A stretch of DNA of 64,000 bases from Eledone cirrhosa (taxonomy: Eukaryota): assembly GCA_964016885.1 (NCBI GenBank), contig OZ024742.1, positions 172,546,001 through 172,610,000 on the forward strand, written 5' to 3'. The stretch's first letter is position 1. Each line of letters opens with the position of its first letter. Position numbers and translations under genes: made by a program. Of the stretch, positions 1 to 13,590 are shown in pieces. Under the pieces are notes generated by a model. It ran no database searches, was not told the origin of the DNA, and was given only the letters and a program-made list of their open reading frames with translations.

Positions 1-22
1 TCAGGAACTAGAGAAAAACACA

Positions 23-1081
23 ATGGAAAGCATCCAGCAAATAGCAAACTCCATCCACCAGAGCATTAGAGTTACTATAGACTACCCAAGTAGACACCCC
101 AACCATCAATTACGTGTACTAGACACAGAGCTCTGGTTAGATACTATTAACAACCAAAAACAAATCCTCCATTCCCATTATGCCAAACCCATGACTTCCA
201 AACATCTGATCCACCGAAACTCGGCCATTTCGGACCATACCAAAATCAACATACTGATTGCGGATTTGGTACGGGTGATGAGAAATGTGTCCCGCATGTG
301 CAACCCCGAAGAACTAGAGAGACACATACAACACTTCATCCACCGTATGCAGTTCTCTGGCTACAATCAGAGAGATAGAATCAGAGTGTATAAAGGAGCC
401 AGAACCAAATGGGAAAAAATGGTAAATAATGACATAAATGGGACCTGCCTCTTGTATAGGAGCAAATTTTGGAATAGAATAGAAAGAACTAAGAACAAGG
501 CCAATAGAATAAACTCATGGTATGATAGCAATAAATACCAGAGTGTAATGTTCATCAATACAACACCTAGAGGCGAACTAGCCTACAAATTTAGAAGGGC
601 CCTAAAGAAACATAATCTCAATATTAAGATAGTAGAAAGACCTGGTACCTCCGTAAAAACACTTATTAGAAAGACATACCCGTTCCAAAGACCCTCATGT
701 ATAGATAAGAAATGTATAACCTGTAAAATAAGCCCCCATATTAACTGTAAAACTAGAAATGTAGTATATAGCATAAGATGTACTGAAGGACAATGTAGAA
801 ACAAAAATGTAGTGTACATAGGTGAGACAGCTCGTAGTATAGGGGAACGAATAAATGAACACTGGCGAGACCTCCAAGATAGTAAAGAATCATCTGTGCT
901 CTACCAACATGCTAAGATAGAACACAGGGGTAAATTAGAGAGCATAGAAATAAAAATAGAATCCACACACAAGAAAGACGCAATGTTTAGGCTAATTACA
1001 GAGGCAGTAAGCATAAAAGAATTAAAACCAAAATTAAATAGAAAATATGAGTGGAACAGCAACATCACAACTTACAATTAA
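23..1081 (+). CDS. Penelope-like RT C-terminus plus GIY-YIG endonuclease (open at the 5' end, continues beyond the window start)
   Basis: 352-aa uninterrupted frame with the VY-x-I-x-C / YIGET / RxxEH / E...LN GIY-YIG motifs. Confidence 0.88.
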   Translation: MESIQQIANSIHQSIRVTIDYPSRHPNHQLRVLDTELWLDTINNQKQILHSHYAKPMTSKHLIHRNSAISDHTKINILIADLVRVMRNVSRMCNPEELERHIQHFIHRMQFSGYNQRDRIRVYKGARTKWEKMVNNDINGTCLLYRSKFWNRIERTKNKANRINSWYDSNKYQSVMFINTTPRGELAYKFRRALKKHNLNIKIVERPGTSVKTLIRKTYPFQRPSCIDKKCITCKISPHINCKTRNVVYSIRCTEGQCRNKNVVYIGETARSIGERINEHWRDLQDSKESSVLYQHAKIEHRGKLESIEIKIESTHKKDAMFRLITEAVSIKELKPKLNRKYEWNSNITTYN

Positions 1082-1384
1082 GGACAAAATGAAAACACAC
1101 ACACACATAGAACAAACAACTTACAATTGAAAACACACACAAAATGAAAACACACACAAGACAAAATGAAAACACACACACATAGAACAAACAACCAACC
1201 AACAATAAATAAATAAATAAACAAACAAATAGAAAAATATAAATAGAAAAATAGAAAAATGAACACAAACACACACAGACACCCGGATGTGGCGCATGCG
1301 CAAACTGAGCACGCAACCCACACACAAACAAAATGGCGTAGGATAGAAGAAAGGAAAGGCACAGAAACGAAGAAAGAAATCCCC

Positions 1385-1429
1385 AGTCACTCAAGAGGTC
1401 ACAGAGTGTGTGACGAAAGAACTATGACT
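1385..1429 (+). ncRNA. Minimal type I hammerhead ribozyme remnant (G5C)
   Basis: agtca-CTCAAGA-g-GTCACA-gagtg-TGTGAC-GAAA-gaac-TA-tgact. Stem I is agtca/tgact and stem II is 6 bp. The core differs from CTGANGA at one position. Confidence 0.7.
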
Positions 1430-1580
1430 ATATATATATAAACAACTATCTGGTTGTGGAACCAACCAACCAACCAGAAATTTATAAATTTGTAAATTTA
1501 TAAATATTTAATAAATTAAATTGAAGTGAAAGCAACTGGTGCGTGTGTTTCTTATTGGCAACATGACCCTCCCAAAGTAT

Positions 1581-1626
<46 letters not shown>

Positions 1627-1715
1627 ATAATAATAAATTTGAAGACTAAAATCCAAAGAGGGTTCGATAAGGATAAATATATATAAAATATATAAGAACC
1701 GTAGGTCAAATATTC

Positions 1716-1872
1716 ATTAAAATAACAGATTAAAGTTTAAGCAAAGAATCGGTGCTTTTACCATTAACGGGATCTTCTGAAACTAACAGATTGACTTTGT
1801 TAATTTCAGAAGATCCCGTTAAGGGTGAAAGAAGCGATTTTTGCTTAAACTTTAATCTGTTATTTTAATAAA
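1716..1872. repeat. Fold-back element (~70-bp arms) in AT tracts with degenerate hammerhead-like arms
   Basis: attaaaataacagattaaagtttaagca...tgcttaaactttaatctgttattttaat. The right arm reads CAGAAGA-tccc-gttaa-gggt-GAAA. Family fragments also occur near 17005 and 61690. Confidence 0.75.
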
Positions 1873-1881
1873 TATATATAT

Positions 1882-1969
<88 letters not shown>

Positions 1970-2026
1970 TTCGTTTCTGAATTTGTTTAGCAAGATTCTT
2001 TATCTGAAATCGTGTGTTGAAACCGA

Positions 2027-2189
2027 TATTGTTATACTTTGGGAGTGTCATGTTGCCAATAAGAAACACACGCACCAGTTCCTTTCACTTCAATTTATTA
2101 TAATAAATTTATAAATTTATTATAATAAATTGAAGTGAAATCACTGGGTGCGTGTGTTTCTTATTGGCAACAGGACCCTCCCAAAGTAT

Positions 2190-2196
<7 letters not shown>
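2027..2196. repeat. Palindrome of the Penelope terminal (pLTR tail) sequence
   Basis: tattgttatactttgggag...cacttcaattt / aaattgaagtg...ccctcccaaagtataacaata, centred near 2110. Nearly identical to the Penelope 3' end at 1520-1587. Confidence 0.88.
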
Positions 2197-2237
<41 letters not shown>

Positions 2238-2392
2238 TATATCAATGGATTTACGAAATGAAGCTACCACAAGTTGCTTTGTGCACTATTATATATATAT
2301 GTGAATAAGTATATATATATATATATGGCTACTTACACAACTATCTGAAGCTTTTATATCCCTCACTGATATATCTAATGTAGCAGGTCACT

Positions 2393-2580
2393 GGATCAGC
2401 AGTACCAGTAGAGGGTCGGACGCCATGCTTTGACGCATAGAGTTACGGCCCTTGCCATTCTGAGTTCAAATCCCGCCGAGGTTAACTTTGCCTTTCATCC
2501 TTTCGGGGTCGATAAAATAAAGTACCAGTAATACACTGGGTTAATTGCTGGCCTTGTGCCAAAAGTAGAAACAATTATTA
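2393..2580 (+). mobile_element. tRNA-derived SINE (family A)
   Basis: B-box GAGTTCAAATCC, conserved centre CTTTGCCTTTCATCCTTTCGGGGTCGATAAAATAAAGTACCAG (resembles the Meta-domain of MetaSINEs) and tail CCTTGTGCCAAAAGTAGAAACAATTATT. Confidence 0.9.
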
Positions 2581-2656
2581 CACTATTTATCTTCACTATG
2601 CTATTGAGTACAATTTGCCGGGTCCGACAATCCTAACCGGGCGTGTGTGTGCGCGT

Positions 2657-2660
<4 letters not shown>

Positions 2661-2725
<65 letters not shown>

Positions 2726-2728
2726 GTG

Positions 2729-2759
<31 letters not shown>

Positions 2760-2775
2760 GAGAGAGAGAGAGAGA
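2661..2775. repeat. (GA)n microsatellite
   Basis: Direct inspection. Confidence 0.95.
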
Positions 2776-3080
2776 ATGTGTGTGTGTGAGAGAGAGATAT
2801 ATAGAGAGAGATTTGTTGGAGAGATCACGATGATGGTGGTGGTGGTGTTGCTGATGAGGTAGATCAGGGGTCGACAAGCTTCGGCCCGCGGGCCACATCC
2901 TGCCCTCAAGTGATTTTTGTCCGGCCCGCCATTTTACACTGGACACTAATTATCTAATTAGTATCGAATACAGATACACTAGTTCACTTCAAGGTTGTGC
3001 CGGCCTGACGCCCATCACAAATCGCTGCTCATACCGTATATATTTACAGATACCTTTAAACCTTATTATATTTTCCATTT

Positions 3081-3263
3081 TTGGCAGTATCGGTAGAGAC
3101 TCGGACGCCATCCTTTCCAGCATAGTTATGTCTATTTATGGTCTGTGTTCAAATCCCGCCGAGGTTAACTTTGCCTTTCATCCTTACGGGGTCGATAAAA
3201 TAAAGTACCAGTAATGTACTGGATAATTGCTGGCCTTGTGCCAAATGTAGAAACAATTATTAT
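3081..3263 (+). mobile_element. SINE family A, nested in the hAT element
   Basis: Matches the family A consensus. Confidence 0.9.
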
Positions 3264-3915
3264 TTCCTCTTATCCATCTTTTTCTGAGCTTTCCGCCAAG
3301 CATTATATCATCTGTATTATTATTTCCTGTGATTTCATGTATGTGTTTTTATTCCAGTCAACAAATACAATGCTGGAAGTATGCATTTTCGTCAGCGACT
3401 GGAAGGTATACTACCTTACGGTTTACATGACTCGCTTTTATACCCATATCGTCATTCAATAAAATCACTTGTGAATTAATGTCGTCTTCTTTGCCTGACC
3501 TTATATGTACCCCCCCCCTCCCGACACAAGGTAAAGCTGTCCTTAGAAAAATTACTTCGTTCCCTCCTCCCCAGAGTATTTTCATTTGAGTTTGTTGTCT
3601 GGTGGTATAACAACTGTACAGCAGGTATCTTAATTCGATAATAACGTTTATTTAATTATGTGTGATAAATTCTGTGAATTATTATTATTAGAATTAGGCC
3701 AAAAGTCGTTTCAAAAAACAAATGGCGACCCTGATCTAACAACGTCGTTAGAAACCTGGTTTTATATAATTTATTCACAATTATCATATTTTAACGCATT
3801 ACTGTATTTGCATTTACATTTGTTTTCATTGTTTCTTATTTCTTCATTCTGATTATTATACTTTTTGTTCTTTTTCCTTTCCATAAATCTTTTTTGTTTG
3901 AACAAAAACAAACAC

Positions 3916-6041
3916 ATGGAAGCTAAGAAAAGAAAAGTGGATTTGGAGTGCCGAACTTTTAACGATGGATGGACACTTAGCTATTTTTTCATGGAGCACT
4001 TCGGAAACCATTGCCGTGAAGAAAGTTTCAAATATTAAACGGCACTATGAAACTCGTCATAATCATTACAACAATTTTAGTGGAAAAGCACGAGTAAACC
4101 AAGTTGGACGGCTGAGAAATAATGTAACAAAGCAATCATCCTTTTTTACTAGAAAAGTTGAAGAAAGTGACCGAAACACTCGTGCTAGCTACGAGGTGTC
4201 AAAACTAATTGCAGAAAAGATGAAACCTTTTACTGATGGAGATTTCTTCAAAGAATTATTGTTGAAGGTAACAGATGTTGTTTGTCCAGAAAAAAAGGGA
4301 ATTAATTTCTGCGATCAGCTTATCGGCAAGAACAGTAACAAGGCGAATTGAAGAGCTGGCAGCAAATGTCAGAAGTGACTTGGAGGGCATTTTAAATAAT
4401 CTGGAGTTTTATTCCATTTGTATCGATGAACCCCAGATATGAAGGATACTTGTCAACTTGCAGTGTTTGTAAGGGGTGTAACACCAACATTTGACATTGT
4501 GGAAGAATGTGTACAATTGATTCCTATGAAGGACACTAGCACTGGAACAGATATTTTGGAAAGCATAATAAAATTGATTACCGAAATGAATCTGGATTTA
4601 TCAAAGCTTTCTGGAGTAATCACAGATGGAGCACCACCAATGGTTGGAGAGAAAAAGGGGTTTGTTGCATTGCTCCAAAACCACATCGGTATTGATCAAA
4701 CTTCATCCATCAAGAAGCATTATGTGCAGAGTCACTGAAGTTTAAGGGCGTCATAGCAGTGGTCGTGAAAACAGTGAATTTGATACTGCCAAGAGGACTA
4801 AATCACCGCTAGTTTCAAGAATTTCTAAAACATATTGAAGCAGAGTATGGCGACCTTACATATTTGTCAAATGTTCGATGGCTTAGCCGCGGAGAAAGGA
4901 TAGAACGAGTATATGCATTGAGAGAAGAGATTTCTATGTTTTTAGAGAGCAAAGACCAAGATAATTCTTACTTTCAGGATCCACAGTGGGTTGTCAAGTC
5001 AGATTGTTAGTGGACATCACGAACCACATGAACACTTTGAATCTTGAGCTTCAAGGAAAGAACAAGGTTGTATTTGAGATGTTTGGTCAAATTACTGCTT
5101 TTGAGAGAAAACTTCGACTGCTGACTTCTACAAGAAATATATATTAATATATTAATATTAATTTATTTCATAAATATATTCTTCATAGTTGCACAAACAA
5201 CATTACAAATCGTTGGCAATTCCTTCAGAATGAAAATATACACAGAGCATATAAATAAATTTACAGTAGAATAACATAACAAATGTTTTAAATATATACA
5301 TAAATAACATAACAAATATGTTTTAAATATATACATAAATAACATTACAAATGCCTCGGTAACACTACAAAGGATGATACAATGAAAGATATATTCCTTC
5401 AATGCTACAACATTAAAGAAAATGTAAAAGAAGGGGTGAACAACGGAGCCAACACCAGAGAAAAAGACAGCAACGTCGCGAGTACTGGGCAACCTCTCTA
5501 ATGATTTTTGAGGCAAACCAGCACACTCGCATTGTTGCCTCTGGTGATGGCGAGGCTGATGCACTGAAAGAGCCAAGCACCCTCGCGAGATTCGACAGTC
5601 ACCTCTATTAGGCGAGCCGCCAGTGAGGAAAGGAACCTCGCAGACAGCGGCTCGACTCCGCCAAACGTCTCGAAAGCCACAGGCTGAAAAATGTAGCTGA
5701 CCGACAGATCAGAGTATTTGAGGGTCTTACTCCGATTGGCTGCAGAAGCTGTGGCTCTCGTCATAACCGCAGCATCCAGGATGTGGGAAAGAGCAAAATA
5801 TATATATTGCCAAGCGGAAAATATAAAAACATCTTGACTAATGCGAAACTGATGATATCATTATTTGGAAGTACATATGCTTGTGACACAACTTGTTTCT
5901 AAAATGAAATATACTAAAAGTCATTTAAGAACAAGGTTGCGTGACGACCACCTGGATGATGTTTTGCTCCTGTCATCGACAAATATTTCACCTGATGTGG
6001 AGAAGTTATCCCACAATAAGCAGAAACAAGTATATCATTAA
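3916..6041 (+). pseudogene. hAT transposase (GTF2IRD2/SPIN-like), frameshifted and interrupted
   Basis: MEAKKRKVDLECRTFNDGW..., NIKRHYETRH, KPFTDGDFFKE, QLAVFVRGV, TDGAPPMVG, VRWLSRG and FGSTYAC occur in shifted frames, with stops and the CRE insertion. Confidence 0.9.
5140..5797 (-). mobile_element. 5'-truncated CRE-clade non-LTR retrotransposon (restriction-like endonuclease end) inserted in the hAT transposase
   Basis: KTLKYSDL..YIFQPVAFETFGG...FLSSLAARLIEVT.ESRE..WLFQCISLAITRGNNASVL is the typical CRE C-terminus. It is flanked on both sides by aaatatatat. Confidence 0.82.
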
Positions 6042-7509
6042 ATCATTTACCATTTCTAACTGTATTTCGTTTGTAGCAAGGAATTTGCTTTTTTTGTTGT
6101 TGATTGTGATAGTAGTTGTTTTTCTGTTATTCCTGCAGTAAAATAAGGAATTTGCTTTTTTTTTGTTGAATGTGTTTGTAGATTTTTTTTTTATTCCTGC
6201 AGTAAAATAAGGGGCCTTGTTAAAATAAAATTATACTAAATTCCTTGATTTGCTTTAAACCTCCGGAAAATGTATTTACATATTTAATAACATGGCCCTC
6301 CTCCATGACACTGCATAGCTGTTTGGCCCTCTCTCTCCAAAAGGTTGCCGAACTCTGATGTAGATGATTATGTTGATGATGAATTATATTTGGGAAGACA
6401 GATAAAACACAAGCCTGAGTTGATATTGATTTATATATATTATAAATGATAACATAAATGAAGGAGAAAAGCATGCGTACTGATATGGTTAAATGAAGAA
6501 ATGCACACACAAATATATACACCCACCAGCAAACATGTAACACGAAAAATAATGAAATATACAATTCTTGATATTTCTTTCTTGAATTTAAATTATTTAT
6601 TGTATTTAGATTTAAAAAAAGGAAAAATATAATTTATGTTTATTCATAACGAATATTTAGCAATCGATATTTCTCATATTTATATCTTTTTAGTTGTCTT
6701 AATCAGTTTAATCAGAATATCAGCAACCTTTTATTTTCCAATAATGCGTTCTTTAATTCACCTTCGACCTTGTGAACTGTAATAAATTTTATATTGTAGT
6801 CCGAGCTGGATACTGTTTAGGCCAAATCAATTTTATTCTATTTCCCGATCTCCGTGTAAAGATTTGATTAAATTTATTTGAATAATTACATTAGTGTCTT
6901 TGCTGTTGTTGTTGTTGTTGGTGTTGTTTAGCTCCCAGTCAGTCGTGTCCTGAGAGAGAATTTAAATTCAATTCCTTTCGCGGCCCTAGAGATACATTTG
7001 ATCAGAGTATAAGCACGTTTACATGATGAGTTCTGCAACTGAGAGAAAAACCCTTTCTAATAGTACTCGCGTTTTAGAGAAAACACGAGAACAATTTAAA
7101 ATGACGTGATATTATGTCAAATTAGGCCAAGCATCTCTATTATCTAGCAAATCCACAATGAATAGGTCTGTGGGCGAAAATATTTAAGCCACTATAATAA
7201 AGATTTTAAACAGTAATAATATATATAATAAACATTAAAATTATTCCACAGGCAAATCATAATCCCATGGTTTTGACTGATGCTCAAGTCAAAACAAATC
7301 AAACAAACTTTGAGTCAAAGGAAGTTCAAATGTTGCCCTGTCCTCGTTTATAGGCATGTAGTTCTACTTTATCCAATGTAAATAGTTCCCAAGTTTTCAA
7401 ATGTGTGAGCAAGTCGTTAAAAATTATCATTTCGCGTGCCACATTAAGTTTTAGTAGCAACACGAAACTAATGAAATAAATTCCTCTCATAGGAAAATTA
7501 AATTTGCAA

Positions 7510-7601
<92 letters not shown>

Positions 7602-7770
7602 AAGAATTAGTATATCTACCAACATATATATATACAGATGCGCACCTATGGTAGCAAATATATAGGTTTTGTGTTAGTAACTTTGTGGTTCAATGCAAGG
7701 GGATGTAGAACAATTATATGAAAGAGGTAAAATACAAAATTATTAAAATTAACTTACTTACGAAAATTTC

Positions 7771-7853
7771 ACTCCAACTAATTAGTTTCTGAAAGGGAAT
7801 AAATATGGTTTCCGAATGGAACGCGTAGAGAACGCCTTTCGTCATCAGGAAGT
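7771..7853 (-). ncRNA. Type I hammerhead ribozyme, intact core, long stem II
   Basis: acttc-CTGATGA-c-GAAAGG...CCTTTC-a-GAAA-CTAATTAG-TT-ggagt, with palindromic stem III. Confidence 0.78.
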
Positions 7854-8248
7854 CTATTCTCAGCTAAGTTCCCAGGCGATGCGTAGACACATCGAACTTA
7901 TACAAAAATAATTCAATGCTAGCATATGTATGTATCTGTATATATATGTTGGAAGATATACTAATACTTTATAATTACCTCCAAATTATTTTGTTGAGCA
8001 AAAATTTGACAAAACTGCTACTATATTTCATAGTAATAGTTCGGCTACTGTCTTCTTGATACCCCACTCCTCACTGATTAACCTCGATGTCACGTGATTG
8101 ACTCTTTTGAATTTGCCACCGACCAAGTAGGCAGTGATTTTTTCAATGTCTTGGAATTTAGTCCCCGCTTGCTTTTTTCCATCCACTGAACTATTTTTGT
8201 ATAAGTTCCCTGTGTCCACGTATCGCCTGGGAACTTAGCTGAGAATAG

Positions 8249-8331
8249 ACTTCCTGATGACGAAAGGCCTTCTCCATGCGTTCCCTTCGGAATCCATGTT
8301 TATTCCCTTTCAGAAATTAATTAGTTGGAGT
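8249..8331 (+). ncRNA. Type I hammerhead ribozyme (inverted sister copy)
   Basis: acttc-CTGATGA-c-GAAAGG...CCTTTC-a-GAAA-ttaattag-TT-ggagt. Confidence 0.75.
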
Positions 8332-8376
8332 GAAATTTTAGTAAGTTAATTTTTATAATTTTTTTTAATTTACGTC

Positions 8377-8475
<99 letters not shown>

Positions 8476-8738
8476 AGCAAAGATATATTTAATTTATTGA
8501 TAATTCAACAAATTTATTTATAACAGATTCGAAGCACTGAACAAGTTCGCTGGAGTGTGATATCAATGATATTGATAAATGGAAACAATATTTATAAAAC
8601 CTTATTTATTTTAATATATATATTTCAAAGGTACCAAAAACTTTGGTACGTTTTCCTCAGATAAAATACAAAATTTGTTTTATAAATAGTGACATATCCC
8701 AGAAACCAGACCTTATTGGTTCAGGTTCCGTTTGGATA

Positions 8739-8803
<65 letters not shown>

Positions 8804-8911
8804 TATATATATACACCCGTGTATATTTATCTATCTATCTATCTATCTATTTATATATATAGAGAGAGAGATAGATAAATATACACGGGAGTGTAGATTG
8901 TGTATAGAAGA

Positions 8912-9301
8912 TTATATTAATAAAAGGAATTCCAACTTTGTCTGATTTACTCGTTTTATTTACAATCCTTTAAAATTTATAATGGTATTAGAATGAAATA
9001 GTATGATGGAATATTAAATGTTAAGTGTTAATTGAACAAGTACTTTCATGCTTTCGCAATCTTCAGGTTCTATTGTGTGGTGAGAGTCAAGTGTGCAATT
9101 TTCAACTGTGACATTTGAAAACTTGACTCTCACCACACAATAGAACCTGAATATTGCGAAAGCATGAAAGTACTTGTTCAATTAACACATAACATTTAAT
9201 ATTCTATCATACTATTTCATTCTAATACCATTATAAATTTTAAAGGATATAAAGGATAGTAAATAAAACGAGTAAATCAGACAAAGTTGGAATTCCTTTT
9301 A

Positions 9302-9310
<9 letters not shown>
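8912..9310. mobile_element. Fold-back element (~180-bp arms) with a hammerhead in each arm
   Basis: Near-perfect inverted repeat centred near 9105, abutting (AT)n. Confidence 0.88.
9030..9074 (-). ncRNA. Minimal type I hammerhead ribozyme, intact core
   Basis: aatagaac-CTGAAGA-t-TGC-gaaa-GCA-t-GAAA-GTAC-TT-gttcaatt. The plus-strand sister at 9139-9183 has CTGAATA. Confidence 0.85.
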
Positions 9311-9336
<26 letters not shown>

Positions 9337-10260
9337 ACTATTCGCATCTCCTTCCGCGTTACCTAATTAACCATTTATTTAATTAAAAAAACCCATTTCA
9401 TTCATTGATTGCAGACAGTAGACTCGATGTGCTGTTTCGAGGTTAATTGTATGGTGTGGATAACTGCCATCGACTCGTCTGATCGTCGATATTGTTTCTC
9501 TATGAGATCTTAAAACAATGGATTAAATAACCATTTTAATTCTTAGTCTCCCATTTTTCATCATATACCTGGTTGTGTTGTTTTGAATACTCAACGTTAT
9601 ATTTGGGGATAACTCTGTTCTAAAATGCTAATAAATCCTACGCCAATTAGGGAAAACATTAATGAAATAAAATACAAATATCACATGTCAGTTATAACAG
9701 AGTTTTCAGATGTTGAATATATCTTCATTACGCTTTCAGTGATTTCAGGCATTATGCTAAGGAAAATAGTTTATTGTTCCGAAACTAGTTCATATTTTGA
9801 ATCCTGGCAATTTTTATGGCTGTATTACATGCCTAAATATTTATAGAAAATAATTAGATTGACCTTATTGGTGACATGATGCAAGGTTTAAAACTCTGGG
9901 GGTATGTAACATTTCCCTATGTAAATAGATAAAAAAAGTTCTGTCCGAGATGCAATTAATATGTTTTACATGTGGAGTTTCAAAATCTAGAGAGATGCCT
10001 TTTCACAAAATGTATTGCATGGCAGCTATGTGATGGCATGCTCTGGTAACTGTGTTAGCTGATTATAAAACCGATCGTGTTTCTTGATTTTGATAATATT
10101 TGCTCTGTGTGTACGTATTGGCCCTAAATGTTGATTTGCATTGCTAGAGCTATTATTCATGTTTAGGGTTGAATTGTCAATCCTCTGGCTCTTTGGTAAT
10201 AACCTATTATTCCTATGTGTTTAAAAGTTGAATTAATTCAATTTGATTATTTCAACAAAC

Positions 10261-12003
<1,743 letters not shown>

Positions 12004-12530
12004 TAGTTTATATATATACACAATCCATAAAACTACATTCCAATAATACATTTTCTCCTACAATCCCCCTACTGCTTCTACAGAACTCACCTCTAACTTC
12101 CACCCCTATCCCCCTTTTGAAATATTGAACCCTCAACACAATACGCACACAGGATGTTTTTCAAATCACAAATTTCTTCTCTGAAGAAAAACAAGTACTA
12201 CTACCTTCTCTTACCACCCAATTTTGAGCAAGAAGGATGGAAGAAAATTTCCTCTAAACATTTGATTTTAATTTTAAACCCTATTAGTTCTTTTTATTTT
12301 TTACACTCAACATTTGATAAGATGGATTTTAATAATACATCGAAACCGGTAATACTTGAAATACTTTATATACATTATAACACTTTTTTTAAAAATGAAT
12401 TGTCCCTCTCATTTTTTCACTAATGTTATATTTTCAATAATATCAATTTGACGAACCCAAAAAGATAAATAGACCTTTAAATATATTTTCCGTGCTATTT
12501 CAAACTTAACCTTCCCTCTCTCCATTTCTA

Positions 12531-12640
<110 letters not shown>

Positions 12641-12654
12641 CGTGTGTGTGTGTG

Positions 12655-12990
12655 TTTGTGTCTATATATGTATGTTTGCATTCTTGAATGAATACACTAA
12701 GCTTTAGATTTAGTAGAATGTACAAACACTGATTTCAGGTATTTGCATTATCATATATTTTTGTTTATATCAAATCCCTGTGGGAATTGTTTGAACAACA
12801 TTTTCCTTAATTGTTTTCTATATTTGAATAAAACATTATTCATTCTCTTCGACTACAGGTATTTTTGGGAAGGTAAGTATTGGCCCCTAAAATACTACAG
12901 TGAGCCATGCAATACTAACGTGGGTCCCCGCAATGCTACCGTGGGTATCCAGGGCCCAACTTGCCATCAGGCAACCTGGCAACCTAGCTA
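12655..12990 (-). mobile_element. Non-autonomous DNA transposon (hAT-like) end, copy 1
   Basis: Similar to 16610-16943. The end reads (rc) CGGTGGTAGACTAG...GGGCCC, like hAT MITE termini. A related end (CAATAGCGGACTGG) lies near 14203. Confidence 0.55.
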
Positions 12991-13001
12991 GTCTACCACC
13001 G

Positions 13002-13062
<61 letters not shown>

Positions 13063-13064
13063 TT

Positions 13065-13391
13065 ATATATTAGTAAAAAGGAAAAGAAAATGCTGACACA
13101 GTTTTACATTTCTTATGCTTTTCAAAAATAATTTTGAGATAGAGAGCTCGTGATTTTTGCTCTTATCAGATTAGAGCAAAAATCACGAGCACTCTATCTC
13201 AAAATTATTTTTGAAAAGCATAAGAAAGGCGCAACCGGTAAAAACTTAAAACTAAAACTGAATACAAACTAATACTTATTACCAATATATACTTATTCCT
13301 AATTAAACTATTTTTCCCTGTGAAAAGTTCGTTAGCATTTTCTTTTCCATTTTACTAATATATCACAACTCGTGTGTCACACCTCCATTTC

Positions 13392-13397
<6 letters not shown>
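13065..13397. mobile_element. Fold-back element family D in (AT)n with a variant hammerhead-like motif
   Basis: Palindrome centred near 13167. Same family at 16358-16550 and 58901-59160. Motif TTGAAAA-gca..gc-GCAA-CCGG-TA at 13208-13244. Confidence 0.75.
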
Positions 13398-13440
<43 letters not shown>

Positions 13441-13590
13441 TGTTGAAATAATCAAATTGAATTAATTCAACTTTTAAACACATAGGAATAATAGGTTATT
13501 ACCAAAGAGCCAGAGGAGTGACAAATCAACCCTAAACATGAATAATAGCTCTATCAAAGCCATGAACGACACTGAATGTTTTTAACTTTC

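Larger units (their letters stand above)
1..1590 (+). mobile_element. Penelope-like retroelement (EN+), 3' part: RT thumb/linker plus GIY-YIG endonuclease ORF, 3' UTR with hammerhead motif, ending in (AT)n
   Basis: ORF 23-1081 carries LRVLDTELW (end of RT), a Cys-rich linker and VVYSIRC..C..YIGETARSIGERINEH...RLITEAVSIKELKPKLN (GIY-YIG). A hammerhead-like motif lies at 1385-1429, and the terminus CCCTCCCAAAGTATAACAATAT runs into (AT)n. Confidence 0.92.
2865..6357 (+). mobile_element. hAT (Charlie/SPIN-like) DNA transposon, full length, decayed
   Basis: TIRs are CAGGGGTCGACAAGCTT and (rc) CAGAGTTCGGCAACCTT. The 8-bp TSD is aggtagat (2857-2864) / atgtagat (6358-6365). There is an internal transposase, and the typical subterminal CGGCCCGCGGGCCACATCC is present. 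Confidence 0.92.
7715..8386 (-). mobile_element. 5'-truncated Penelope-like copy with inverted pLTR; both arms carry hammerheads
   Basis: Inverted arms at 7715-7891 and 8211-8386. The spacer encodes (minus) ...TSRLISEEWGIKK, similar to a GIY-YIG C-terminus. The element abuts (AT)n. Confidence 0.75.

Noticed and set aside
2393-2480. SINE heads as functional tRNA genes
   Set aside because: They lack a complete cloverleaf, are followed by a SINE body, tail and TSDs, and exist as many diverged copies.
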